The notes: a model not told the origin generated them from the letters alone. Counted from the first letter of the whole stretch, positions 45,702 through 56,709 are shown. The stretch: DNA of 59,056 nt, filler included, from 6 parts of 6 records of this genome joined end to end with filler, not necessarily neighbours in it; one strand, 5' to 3'. Made by a program: numbers and translations.

Positions 45702-47084
45702 CTATGATCTTTGTGCTTCAACCTCTTCGATGGTTTTAGGAATTGGTTTACCAAGCAAACGAGCGCCATTTTCTGTAATTAAGAAATCTTCCTCGTTACG
45801 TAAACCACCAAAATCTTTGTACTCTTCAACCTTATCGTAGTTGATAAAGTCTGTAAAGCGTTTTTCAGCCTTCCATTTATCAATTAATTCAGGAATAAAA
45901 TAGATCCCAGGTTCAATGGTTAAAACAAATCCAGGTTCCAGTTCTCTACCTAAGCGCAACGATTTTAATCCAAACTGAGTACTCTTGGCTTCACCGTTAT
46001 AACCAACATAAACTTCACCTAAGTTTTCCATGTCATGCACGTCCATACCCATCATATGTCCTAAACCACACTGAAAGAAAAGTGCGTGAGCTCCCTGTTG
46101 AACAGCTTCATCTAAATCACCTTTCATAAAGCCCATGTCTTTCATTCCTTCTGCAATTGTTCTTGCCGCTTTTAGATGTACATCTTTAAATTTAACTCCA
46201 GGACGTAATTCTGCAATTGCCGCTTCGTGAGAATTTAAAGCTATTTGGTAAATCTCTCTTTGTCTTTGTGTAAAAGTTTTATCCACTGGGAATGTGCTCG
46301 ACATATCGCCAGCGTAGTGCATGCTATTTTCGGCACCACAATCAATCAGCATCATGTCTCCACTTTTTAAGGTATTGCCATGATAATGATTGTGTAAAGT
46401 TTGACCGTTAATTGTTGCAATTACAGGAAATGAAAGTTGTCCTCCTGCTCCAACTGCAATTTCTTGCACTGCAGCAGCAATTTCAGATTCTTTCATGCCC
46501 GGCTTTGCCATTCTCATAGCTGCAAGGTGCATGTCAGCCGTAATGTTTACGGCTTCTTCCAATTGAATTATCTCTTCAGCTGATTTGTAATTTCTTTGAT
46601 TTACAACAGCATTGATAAATTCAACTGATGCATTCTTTGCCGCAATATTAGGATGAACTTGTAGCAAATCAAATAGTTTTATTTGATGTTCCGGGCGATA
46701 GGGTGGCAAATAATGAACTTTTCTGTTTTGCTTTACGGCTTTTTCCAGGTAAGATTTCAAATCTGCAGCAGGCGCTGTTTCATTTATACCAACAGCAGCA
46801 CTTTTCTCTTTAATGGTTGGCTGGGTTCCCATCCAAACAATGTGGTCGATTGTCAATTCATCGCCAAAAATAATTTCCCGGTTTTCATCAATATCTATTA
46901 TGGCATTTAAACCTGCATAATCAGAACCAAAAAAATATAGAAAGGTACTATCCTGGCGATAATGGTAGGTGTTGTCGGCATAATTCATTCCACATTCATC
47001 ATTACCTAAAAATAGAAGGATTCCGGAGTTAACTTGTTTTTTTAATAGATTTCTGCGTTTTTGATAAGTCTCTTTTGTAAACAT
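45702..47084 (-). CDS. pepP: Xaa-Pro aminopeptidase (M24B)
   Basis: YRQDSTFLYF, LHNH, DCGAE...YAGD, GHMMGMDVHD, TIEPGIYF, NEED. Confidence 0.92.
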   Translation of the reverse strand: MFTKETYQKRRNLLKKQVNSGILLFLGNDECGMNYADNTYHYRQDSTFLYFFGSDYAGLNAIIDIDENREIIFGDELTIDHIVWMGTQPTIKEKSAAVGINETAPAADLKSYLEKAVKQNRKVHYLPPYRPEHQIKLFDLLQVHPNIAAKNASVEFINAVVNQRNYKSAEEIIQLEEAVNITADMHLAAMRMAKPGMKESEIAAAVQEIAVGAGGQLSFPVIATINGQTLHNHYHGNTLKSGDMMLIDCGAENSMHYAGDMSSTFPVDKTFTQRQREIYQIALNSHEAAIAELRPGVKFKDVHLKAARTIAEGMKDMGFMKGDLDEAVQQGAHALFFQCGLGHMMGMDVHDMENLGEVYVGYNGEAKSTQFGLKSLRLGRELEPGFVLTIEPGIYFIPELIDKWKAEKRFTDFINYDKVEEYKDFGGLRNEEDFLITENGARLLGKPIPKTIEEVEAQRS

Positions 47085-47508
47085 AAATTTAGGGTTTTGG
47101 GTGCTAACACAAATTCGACAGGATATAATAATCCTGATTCGAGATGTCTTAATTGATATAATTTAGTGAATTATTGGATGGTAGAGAGAATGTTATTAAC
47201 AAATCCAGCATTCGTACAGACCTTTGTACGAATTGTTGTAGTGTGTTATGTAGTCGTTATAAAGAAACATACATTTGAATTTGTTCATGGTAAATTTAGA
47301 AAAAAAACGCAAAAAAGTATTTTAAATTCGTAAAAACTACACCGGATTAAATATTTATTAATCAGGTAAAAGTTCAATTTTTATTGAATTGATAATTTTT
47401 AGATTATTATGTTTCTATAAGGATTTTAGTGGGTAATAATTAAAAACGTTTTTTGCTTTACCTAAACAGGCAAGGCTCAAAAAAGCAATTTTTTGTCTTT
47501 GTCTAAAC

Positions 47509-47608
47509 NNNNNNNNNNNNNNNNNNNNNNNNNNNNNNNNNNNNNNNNNNNNTTAATTAATTAANNNNNNNNNNNNNNNNNNNNNNNNNNNNNNNNNNNN
47601 NNNNNNNN
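47509..47608. other. Artificial contig spacer
   Basis: N-run/TTAATTAATTAA/N-run. Confidence 0.98.
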
Positions 47609-47898
47609 ATTCATAATTTCCAGTTATTTGTTGCTTATACGTAAAACATTAATCACTATCTCAATTCTCTACTTCTAATAAGCTTGATACCAGCAGACAA
47701 GCGACAATGCAACAACCTAATAATTATTCCCACAACAAATACACCACAACCTATTAGGAGCACAACTTATTGCCGACCAGCTGTTAAAATTTAGAATAAC
47801 ATCTAGACTTTTAACTTCTTTCTAGGCAATATTTCTCCGTTTATAAATTTCCATAAAGTCATCAGCCCCAAATGGACCATAGCGAATAGAGGTTAAAA

Positions 47899-50800
47899 AT
47901 GTCAGACCAGAACACCACAGAACCTAGAAAAATAATTATCAACCTCAATAATTCGCGAGAAGCCTCAAGGCTTGAAAAGAATGAAATCATTCAGCAGGAA
48001 GCACTGGACCAGTTTAAAAGATTGATCACACAAATTAAAGATCGAATTGAAGATTTTAAAAAACATTTAGAGTCTGATGATCCAATAAGAGCGATTCGTA
48101 CTCATGACGTTATCACAGTCGATGGTCGAAGAGGGTCTGGAAAAACAACTTTCATTCTTAGTGCATTCGAATCGCTAGAAGATAAGATTAAAAAAGATAT
48201 ATGCTTTCTCGACATCATCGACCCCACACTAATCGAAACTAGGGAACATGTTTTTGTCACCATCGTATCCCTTATAAAACGCAGAGTTGATGACGCACAC
48301 CAAAAAAGCAGAGCTGAAAATAACGAAAAAAAATATAAAGTATGGCGCAAAAGCCTTGAGGAACTAGCAAATGGTATGCGTTTGCTGGATGGCATTGGGC
48401 AGAATCACCTAAAAAGCGACAGCTGGATGGATGAACATTTCGCTTTGGAGCATGGAATTCAGAACGCCCAAAGCGGACGAGATCTTGAGCAGTCCTTTCA
48501 TAGATATATCGCCGCAAGCCTCGACTTCATAGGACATAAAGCCTTCCTTATTGCTTTTGACGACATTGATACTGACTTTTCCAAGGGATGGCCGGTATTG
48601 GAAATGATCAGAAAATACATCACCACCCCGCAGTTGATTACCGTCCTTTCGGGAGACTTACAGTTATATTCGACTTTGGTTGAAAAACAACAATGGAAAA
48701 ATCTTGGCCTTGGATTTGACACAGACAAAGAGAAGCAAACTCAGTTCAAGCCAATGGTTGAAGAACTTGTAGATCAATATCTTCTTAAAATTTTACGGAC
48801 CCCAAACCGTATTGAGCTTAAATCGATTGGGCACTATGTGGACAATACACCCTACGGAATAGGGATTATTAGACGGGGAGATTCGACAGAACAAGACATC
48901 AAGCAAGTACTTAAAAATATATGCACAGAGGTTCTATCCATAAGCCAAAACGAGATTGTAAATAGAGCCATCGAACAACTGGTCACGTTACCAACTAGAA
49001 CAATGGTTAGCCTTTTGTTTAGCATCGAAAATTACACTGACATCAGCTGGAACATTGCTCGCTCATTTAGAAAAGAAGCCTCTGGATTCGACCATCAAAT
49101 AGCACTCCGTAAGAACAGATTGTCAGCAATTCTTGCTTTAAGTGACGTTTTTCTAACTTGGCTTCAAAAAATTGATTACCGAAGACAAGATTTTGAACAA
49201 AACGATACTCAAAAGGCAATTTCGCAGCTATTACAGAGGCTAATCAATCAAGACCTGCTACCAGAAGCTGCAAAACTAAAACCAAGCTTCACTAGACAAG
49301 AGCACAACAATGCAATGTTTATCTTAAGTGCTTTTTTTGCACACTCAATGGAAGATACTCCAAAATCATATTTTGACTATATGCTTCATATTTCTCTAAC
49401 AGCAAGCAGCATGCAAGAATTTCATGACGAGCTATTCACTAACAAAATTTCAAAACACGAAAATGTAGCTTTAAACGACAAAGATAAACTTGATTTATAC
49501 GTTAGACATCTTGGCTTAATGAGTGGTTCAAGCTCGTTAAATATTGCCCGTAAATACATTTCATTTATGTGGCCTAACAATATTCAGCCCTCGAAAAATA
49601 AACTAGCAATTAAAAATGGAACGTTGCAATTATATTCAGACACATCAAAGGGATTAAACAAAATAAAATACTATCTTTACAGTACAACCAACAAACCAAT
49701 ATTTGAACCTTTAGAAAATTTTAGACAAGCAATTGACAAAAGGAAGAACGCATCCCTGAGAGGTTTTTTCTTTAATACAGCAACAACTCTCCACAACAAT
49801 ATAACTTCTTGGCACAAATATATTGCTATGCTTCCTATTTCAATTAACAGGTCAGGAGATGGTACATTTACGCACTTTTCTTTTTTCAATTTACTAGGTG
49901 CAATTGCAGAACTTATGGAGGCTGACGATCTACAAAACCAATTCGAAAAATCAGGATTTGTAAGAGAGTATCCCACTTTTAGTGGAGAAACATCACATCA
50001 AGAGGAAAATGAGGACTCTTTTGAAATCGAACCAGAAGTGGACAGCAAAGATGACACCCCAATCATTCCTGACGATTTTAAAAAAATGTTTAATAAATGG
50101 GAAAGTAGTATGCCTCAGGGAGAATCAACTACAACACCTGACATATTAACCAAAGCATGGACTCGTTTTTTCTTTGCCATAAAAATGCTTCCAGAAGAAT
50201 TTGCTAAATCTAAAAACAAAAGCGAATGTTTTGCCGGAATCATTATGCACCGCTGGATTGTGCTCTTTTTAAATTCATTTTTGGTTGAAGAAGGTGCCTG
50301 CTCACACATTTTCAACCTAAGGCAAAACAACCCCATATCATCCGATAAAATATTTTTAGATAATCTAATTAGTATATATGGACCTTTGAATGATGGTGAA
50401 GAGCGACTTACATGCTACCCCGACCAAATACCTCTTTTTGAATGGCTTTTTTCTTGTCCGCTATGGAGCTTTTTCTTAGATGACGACACCAACGACGAGG
50501 TTTATACATGGCACAATCTAGCCATGAAACGAATGAAGCTTTTTGAATTTTACGAAGAATACGACGAATACGTTGACTATATACATTTCAATGAAGATGA
50601 AGACACCATCAGCTTATTCGACGTAGTAAACTCACTAGCGATCGTTGGCATGAAACAAGACAAAGCTATTTCGCAAAATTTAGGAAATGAAGAAGTAATC
50701 GACTTTATTAAGATCAATAGCTCTGAATTAAAACAAAAATGGGAACAATCCCCCAAAGATTTATCATATGATTCAGTATACTCATTCTTAGTAGATCTTA

Positions 50801-51036
50801 GCGAAAATGATGAAGTCATTTACCAGGGACGGATATCTTCAATTCCAAAAACATTTACTATCCAAATACGGGAAAAAATCCTTACTGAATTCATAGCAGC
50901 ATTAGATTTATCAAACGAAACCGTAGTTGAGCCTGACACAAAATCCGAGTCAGAGAAAAAAGTAGTACAACCGGGAGTTATTGTTCGAAGACGCAAGGCC
51001 ACCATAACACAGAATAAAGACGAAAACGAAGATTAA
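47899..51036 (+). CDS. rdrA: RADAR anti-phage system ATPase
   Basis: HDVITVDGRRGSGKTT (Walker A), IDPTLIE, IAFDDID (Walker B), LEMIRKY, SGDLQLY, QYLLK; directly upstream of a large deaminase. Confidence 0.85.
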   Translation: MSDQNTTEPRKIIINLNNSREASRLEKNEIIQQEALDQFKRLITQIKDRIEDFKKHLESDDPIRAIRTHDVITVDGRRGSGKTTFILSAFESLEDKIKKDICFLDIIDPTLIETREHVFVTIVSLIKRRVDDAHQKSRAENNEKKYKVWRKSLEELANGMRLLDGIGQNHLKSDSWMDEHFALEHGIQNAQSGRDLEQSFHRYIAASLDFIGHKAFLIAFDDIDTDFSKGWPVLEMIRKYITTPQLITVLSGDLQLYSTLVEKQQWKNLGLGFDTDKEKQTQFKPMVEELVDQYLLKILRTPNRIELKSIGHYVDNTPYGIGIIRRGDSTEQDIKQVLKNICTEVLSISQNEIVNRAIEQLVTLPTRTMVSLLFSIENYTDISWNIARSFRKEASGFDHQIALRKNRLSAILALSDVFLTWLQKIDYRRQDFEQNDTQKAISQLLQRLINQDLLPEAAKLKPSFTRQEHNNAMFILSAFFAHSMEDTPKSYFDYMLHISLTASSMQEFHDELFTNKISKHENVALNDKDKLDLYVRHLGLMSGSSSLNIARKYISFMWPNNIQPSKNKLAIKNGTLQLYSDTSKGLNKIKYYLYSTTNKPIFEPLENFRQAIDKRKNASLRGFFFNTATTLHNNITSWHKYIAMLPISINRSGDGTFTHFSFFNLLGAIAELMEADDLQNQFEKSGFVREYPTFSGETSHQEENEDSFEIEPEVDSKDDTPIIPDDFKKMFNKWESSMPQGESTTTPDILTKAWTRFFFAIKMLPEEFAKSKNKSECFAGIIMHRWIVLFLNSFLVEEGACSHIFNLRQNNPISSDKIFLDNLISIYGPLNDGEERLTCYPDQIPLFEWLFSCPLWSFFLDDDTNDEVYTWHNLAMKRMKLFEFYEEYDEYVDYIHFNEDEDTISLFDVVNSLAIVGMKQDKAISQNLGNEEVIDFIKINSSELKQKWEQSPKDLSYDSVYSFLVDLSENDEVIYQGRISSIPKTFTIQIREKILTEFIAALDLSNETVVEPDTKSESEKKVVQPGVIVRRRKATITQNKDENED

Positions 51037-51040
51037 CCCC

Positions 51041-53443
51041 ATGCCCTCAACACAAACATACCTACACACCGCCCTACTCTCTTCACGAGAAATTCTGGAG
51101 GAGTTCCTGACTGGGGCTCCTCCAGATGCACAAAAAATTCTGAGCAAATCCTTTATTACTGCACGCCGCCGCACGGAATACAGACCGGACTACGTATACA
51201 AAAAAACACAGAGTAGGATTTATGGGGAAAAACCTCCACATAGCCACATCCTGCTAAAATCCATAAATGATCTTTCCGAAACCCACCTCCGTTCCAACGG
51301 CAAGGGATATGTTGTTCAAACTGAAATATTCAATGAATGGCAACACCTAATAACCAAAGTATCTCCACTGCTACTGACTTCAGCGGCAATCATTTCCGAT
51401 TGCAACAATAGATGCTTCGGCAAGCCTGAAGAAATTGTGCTGGACAAAATTTCTCACTCATCACTGCCGACAATGGACTGCAGGATTCTTGACGATATGC
51501 TTGCCAAAAGAGGACTAGCAGAACTCCACATGCACCTAAACGGCACTACAGAGGCAGACAAGGTATGGCTGGATGCTTTAGAAAGGCCCGATAACTTTGT
51601 TTCTTCTCTTAAAGAAGCGTTTGGCGTAAAAATAGAAGAACAACTTCAGCAGACCGCACATTTTCTGCATTCAGCATTCGATGTGTACAAACTGCTCATT
51701 ACAGCAGCCGTGCTGCGCCAATATCTTGCTAAAGCTGTCTTTGATAATGAACGAAAATCTTACGCGGATTTACGGCCAGTTTTCTCGCAGGATACTTTTA
51801 TTGGGGATAAACAAAAGCAGTACTCATTCAAAACCCACCCGACCATTTTTCATTTTCCCGCAGACCACAAACATAAGCCACTGGCTCATGAAGGTAAGCT
51901 GCTTGTTTTGACCTTAAAAAAATTAGAAACTGACGACGAATACATCGCACATATTTTTCATTGCTACCTCCTGATTCAATCCTGCTTCAACAGCCTCCTT
52001 ATCCAACAACAAAATCAGTGTGGATTTGATCAATTTCAAAGAATTGCAGACAACAAACTTAGAGATCCGTCAGAAAAAGATTATGAATATAGATTCCACC
52101 AGATTGCCCATCACATGCCGGGAGATCAATGCCACATAGAAGGACGCTTCGCTCCCAAGGGCACACATATAAAAAACAAAATTCTTCTCGACCAAATCGT
52201 TGCAGGATGGAAAAACCATAAAGACAAAAACCCAAATTCAAATCCGCAAAAACGGGAACTTTCACTTACTGCGCATTTCATTAAAAAAGAGGACAAGCAC
52301 AACCACCCACTCTATCGGCATCACAAAATCCGGCAAGAACTGCTGATGAACAGCATGCGCCTGCACATGGTTCAAAAAGCTAACTCAAATTTCAAAACAC
52401 TTATCACCTCAGCAGATGCTGCAGCGAACGAACTCCACGCAGGGCCGGAAGTATTCGCTCCTGCTTTCAGATTGCTTAGGGCCAAAGGCTGCAAAAACTT
52501 TACTTACCACGTTGGTGAGGATTTCCATCACTTAGCGTCAGGACTTCGCGCTATATGGGAAGCGGTTACGTTTCTGGAACTATCAAGCGGTGACCGAATA
52601 GGCCACGGAACAGCTTTGGGTATTTCTCCGATCCTGTGGCATAAAAGAATCGGGGGAGAAGTGACAGTCACAAGACAAGAGTGGCTGGATACATTACTAT
52701 TTGTCTACGACCAACTTCGCACAGACAAAGAATACGGAGCGGTTGCGTCGCAATTTGCGGATTATGCTCGAGAACATGCAAATCTAATATATCATCCACA
52801 AAGAAGACCCAGCCTGATCGACTTGATTGCAGGTTGGAAAATGAGACATCTTGATCCGCTTATCATTTTCAAGAGTTCATTCGGCACGAGCGTCCCCATA
52901 ACACCTTGGCGGCAACGTGAAGAGCAGCTTGCGGTTCAACAATCTCCGTTTTGGGATAGAGACAAATCTTTCAATTTTGAAGCGATCGAATGTTTGAAGG
53001 AAACAGAACCCTTCAAAGCCCTAAAGGACTACCACGAAAACAAAAATATCAGGAAAAACGGCGAGCAACCAATTTCAGTGAGTTCAGATCAGATCCCATT
53101 AGATATAATTAGCGTACTTCAAAACAAGGTAATCAAATTACTTAACGACAAACAAGTTGCTATGGAAGTCATGCCTACGAGCAATCTCAGGATTTCTCTT
53201 TATGAAGATTACAGCGAACATCACATATTCCGTCTTCTGGGCTGCGAAGACAGCAACATATCAGAACGCCCCACAATGTGTATTGCCAGTGACGATCCCG
53301 GCATTTTTGCCACCTGCCTTCGCAACGAATATGCCCACATATACAGAGAGTTACAACAAAAAGGATATTCCGAGCGCAAAGCACTCGCCGAAATTGAACA
53401 CCTTATTGATAATGCTTGGGCTTTTAGGTTTAAGGCTGAATAA
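51041..53443 (+). CDS. rdrB: RADAR anti-phage system adenosine/ATP deaminase
   Basis: ELHMHLNG, GFDQFQ, DAAANE, TYHVGEDF, RIGHG, EVMPTSN, SDDPG; 800 aa; 4 bp after the ATPase stop. Confidence 0.88.
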   Translation: MPSTQTYLHTALLSSREILEEFLTGAPPDAQKILSKSFITARRRTEYRPDYVYKKTQSRIYGEKPPHSHILLKSINDLSETHLRSNGKGYVVQTEIFNEWQHLITKVSPLLLTSAAIISDCNNRCFGKPEEIVLDKISHSSLPTMDCRILDDMLAKRGLAELHMHLNGTTEADKVWLDALERPDNFVSSLKEAFGVKIEEQLQQTAHFLHSAFDVYKLLITAAVLRQYLAKAVFDNERKSYADLRPVFSQDTFIGDKQKQYSFKTHPTIFHFPADHKHKPLAHEGKLLVLTLKKLETDDEYIAHIFHCYLLIQSCFNSLLIQQQNQCGFDQFQRIADNKLRDPSEKDYEYRFHQIAHHMPGDQCHIEGRFAPKGTHIKNKILLDQIVAGWKNHKDKNPNSNPQKRELSLTAHFIKKEDKHNHPLYRHHKIRQELLMNSMRLHMVQKANSNFKTLITSADAAANELHAGPEVFAPAFRLLRAKGCKNFTYHVGEDFHHLASGLRAIWEAVTFLELSSGDRIGHGTALGISPILWHKRIGGEVTVTRQEWLDTLLFVYDQLRTDKEYGAVASQFADYAREHANLIYHPQRRPSLIDLIAGWKMRHLDPLIIFKSSFGTSVPITPWRQREEQLAVQQSPFWDRDKSFNFEAIECLKETEPFKALKDYHENKNIRKNGEQPISVSSDQIPLDIISVLQNKVIKLLNDKQVAMEVMPTSNLRISLYEDYSEHHIFRLLGCEDSNISERPTMCIASDDPGIFATCLRNEYAHIYRELQQKGYSERKALAEIEHLIDNAWAFRFKAE

Positions 53444-53459
53444 TACTTAACAACTTAAT

Positions 53460-53486
53460 TGTAAGAGTTCCGACTTGATCTGACAT
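53460..53486. mobile_element. Probable IS481-family terminal inverted repeat, truncated by contig end
   Basis: TGTAAGAGTTCCGACTTGATCTGACAT: 5'-TGT end and ACTTGATCTGACA core resemble IS481-family ends as I recall them; the assembly breaks here. Confidence 0.5.
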
Positions 53487-53586
53487 NNNNNNNNNNNNNN
53501 NNNNNNNNNNNNNNNNNNNNNNNNNNNNNNTTAATTAATTAANNNNNNNNNNNNNNNNNNNNNNNNNNNNNNNNNNNNNNNNNNNN
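53487..53586. other. Artificial contig spacer
   Basis: N-run/TTAATTAATTAA/N-run. Confidence 0.98.
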
Positions 53587-55428
53587 AGCAGTAGCAGCTT
53601 CAACAGCAGCATTAAGTGATAAAATATTTGTTTGGAATGCGATTTGATCAATTACAGTGATCGCTTCATTAATTGCACTTACCTCATTATTAATACTATC
53701 CATTGACTCTGTGGTTTTATTAGCGAGTTGTTGTCCTATAGTTGAGACATCAATAAGTTCATTAGAAAACTTTGCCATTTGATTGATATTTAAAGCACTT
53801 GATTTAATATTATTGGTTATCTCATCAACTGCGGCAGAAGTCTCTTCCAATGATGCTGCAGCATGATTGGAGTTTTCACTCAATGATTTTACATTATTCA
53901 TAAGCAAGGTTGAATTTGTTTGTAAGATATTTCCTTGATTTTTATTTTCTCTTAACATGGAAACAATAGAATCTCTTAAAGTATTTATCCCTACAATTAA
54001 CTCTTTATACTCACCTGTTAGTTTTTTATCCATTGGAATCGAAGCAGTATAATCATACTCTACATATTGATTTAATACTTTTAAAATATCTTTAAAAATA
54101 TTTTGTTGCATATCCATTGTTTGATTTACAATATTTACAAAGGTTTGAACCTGCGGAGTTGAAGCTGGATTTTGAATCCTAAATGAAAGATCTCCATTTT
54201 GCATCTTATTAAGGGTAAGAATAGTTTCCCCTGCACACAACATATCGATCTCCGTTGATTCATTTACAGCAAGTACATTTTTATTAATCATCTCCCCTAA
54301 TTGACAAAACTCATCTTGCCCTTTTAAAGGGATTGGATCAAACTCATTATTACGTCTTTCAAGATATGCTACAAATCCTAAGATTCCTCCATATATCTCT
54401 TTCACTGCAGTTGTTATATTAAGATACATAAAATGTGCTATTGCATTACTCAATCCTATTAAGACAATAAAAAGTAATATCATAAAATAAAACAAATTTG
54501 TTTTTTCAACCAAAGCACTATCCACTTCTTTTGTAATAGCTAAAGAGATAGCATCATCCACTTTTTTCAAAAGATTGATTTTTCCTGTGATTCTATCAAA
54601 CCAATAAGTTGGCTCAGCACTGAGATTTCCAGCTAAGATCTCATTTTCTATTTTTTGTACTTCCTCAACATCATTTCCTTTTAGTGTAGAATGATAGAGA
54701 TCCAAATGTTCTTGTGGTGCTAAAATAAGAAATTGGTCTAAATAAGTTTTTTGAACAACTATCAAGGTTAAAAATCTATTTGTAAGTGCTAAGTTTTTAC
54801 TTGCTAACATATTTGTACCAACAGCCCTTTGGATACCTGCTCTTTCTTTACTCATCAAGAAATTATAATATGCCAAAATATTATGTGCTAATGTATGGTC
54901 ACGGATATCTTCAATTGAAGCTGGAATCATACTTAAAAGCTTTGCATTGATCGTTGTATAATATCCTAGTGCATCTTTTAAAGGGATATTTAATCTATCA
55001 ACTTTTGATCGTATATTAGATAGATTTTCAAAACGGGTAAATACATCATCAAAAATATTTAGTGTCACTTCTTTAAAATTTGATTTATCACTTGAACGAT
55101 ATGCTGTTTTTAACTCTTCTAGTCTTGTATTGGTTAGTTCTCTTTGTCCTTGAAGTTTCTCTTTAAACTTCTTACCTTTACTTCCAAGATATCCTGCACT
55201 CATCCCTCTTTCTTTTTGAGTTTCATGAAGGAGTAAAGATATCTTTGAAGAGAGTACCATGATCACTTGTGTTTTTGCATATTCTTGCTTTTCTTGATAA
55301 CTTTTATATCCAAAATATATTCCAAGTAAAACCATTAAGGTTAAAGGGATAGAAACTAATAAAACTAATTTTGATCGAACTCCAAGATTATTTAAAAATT
55401 GAGGGTTATAAGTTATTGGGTTAAACAT
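53587..55428 (-). CDS. Methyl-accepting chemotaxis protein with NIT (nitrate/nitrite-sensing) domain, 3'-truncated
   Basis: TM, LLHETQKERGMSAG, KERAGIQRA (NIT), TM, then IDQIAFQTNILSLNAAVEAA (MCP tip). Confidence 0.92.
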
Positions 55429-55431
55429 TTT

Positions 55432-55845
55432 CTACTCCTTTGCTCTCATTTGCTGATATAAAGCTTCATATTTTTCCACCTCTTTTCTAGAAGCTTTTCT
55501 TCTACAAGATATATATCCTTTAGAACCATCAGAGGTTTGCAGTGGAAAAACCGTAGCAAATACCCAATAAAATTTTCCTGTTTTTGTTTTATTTTTTACA
55601 AACCCTCTCCATCTTTCACCTCTTTTAACAGTCTCCCAAAGATCTTTAAAAGCAGCTTTTGGCATATCTGCATGGCGAACCATATTGTGGGGTTGCCCCA
55701 CTAACTCTTCCAATGGATACTCTGCATACTGGCAAAACTCATCATTGGCAAAACGTATGATCCCCTTTTCATCGGTTTCAGAAACAAGAAAAGATTTATC
55801 ATCTAAGATCAATTCATTATTTTTTATTTCCATAATAAACTCCAA
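55432..55845 (-). CDS. Stand-alone PAS protein (Aer/CetB-like)
   Basis: LVSETDEKGIIRFANDEF, GQPHNMVRHADMPKAAFKDLW, VKNKTKTGKFYWV. Confidence 0.9.
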   Translation of the reverse strand: MEFIMEIKNNELILDDKSFLVSETDEKGIIRFANDEFCQYAEYPLEELVGQPHNMVRHADMPKAAFKDLWETVKRGERWRGFVKNKTKTGKFYWVFATVFPLQTSDGSKGYISCRRKASRKEVEKYEALYQQMRAKE

Positions 55846-56079
55846 TTTAATTGATTAATTACTATACTAAATTCACAAAAACTTTATGAAAATATTACCT
55901 ACTTTTTATTTAATCCTCCTTTATTATTTTTTCTAATATCAATTAAGGCAATTAATCTATCAAAAAAGTCTTATTTGTCACTATATGTGTTGTATTTAAA
56001 AAGCTATTTTAGAAAAAATAATCTTGTTTTTTAATTATCTATATGTCATAATAGTACAAATATTTATTAAAGGTTTATA

Positions 56080-56709
56080 ATGTTTGCTATGTATGATGAT
56101 GATGGACTTAATTTTCGAAGTACCATTGATCACCTTTATGATGTTCATGAGATGAGCCCTACAAGACATATTAAAAATGATCTAAGGCGTGACCACAACT
56201 CCTCATCCTCTTTTCAGTCTTTATACAAAGGAAGTATTGATGAAGAAGCAAAAAACAAATATAAACAAATAGCAAACTTAAGTACTCGGACTGAAATATA
56301 TCATGTGGAACAGATCATGAGCCATAAACCTGTTATTATCAATGATGATATAACTATAGAAGAGTGTTATGCCCTTATGGAGCAACATGAATTACGACAA
56401 CTATTAGTAAGATCAGATAAAAGAAACACCCTAAAAGGTATTATTACAAAAAATACTTTACTAGATTATCTTATAAAACACCTAGGGGTTGAAGAGGTTG
56501 AACAAACAAAGATCACTGATATCTATGAAAAAAATATTATCACCACTGATCCTATCACAGATATAAGACGTGCTGCAAAAGTGATGATCGATTTTAATAG
56601 AAATGCTATGCCTGTAGTAAATGAAAGAGAAGATATCTTAGGAGTGATCACACGTCATGATATAGTACGTGCAGTCTCTTCTATCCCAGAGCTTCAGATC
56701 TGGGCTTGA
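56080..56709 (+). CDS. CBS-domain-pair protein
   Basis: VEQIMS...GIITK and AMPVV...GVITRHDI. Confidence 0.85.
   Translation: MFAMYDDDGLNFRSTIDHLYDVHEMSPTRHIKNDLRRDHNSSSSFQSLYKGSIDEEAKNKYKQIANLSTRTEIYHVEQIMSHKPVIINDDITIEECYALMEQHELRQLLVRSDKRNTLKGIITKNTLLDYLIKHLGVEEVEQTKITDIYEKNIITTDPITDIRRAAKVMIDFNRNAMPVVNEREDILGVITRHDIVRAVSSIPELQIWA

Noticed and set aside
47085-47899. Functional link between the peptidase cluster and RADAR
   Set aside because: They are separated by an artificial spacer and belong to different contigs.
47899-53443. ATPase-deaminase pair as a brand-new defence system
   Set aside because: Size, gene order and motifs fit the published RADAR system; only its variable parts are potentially novel.
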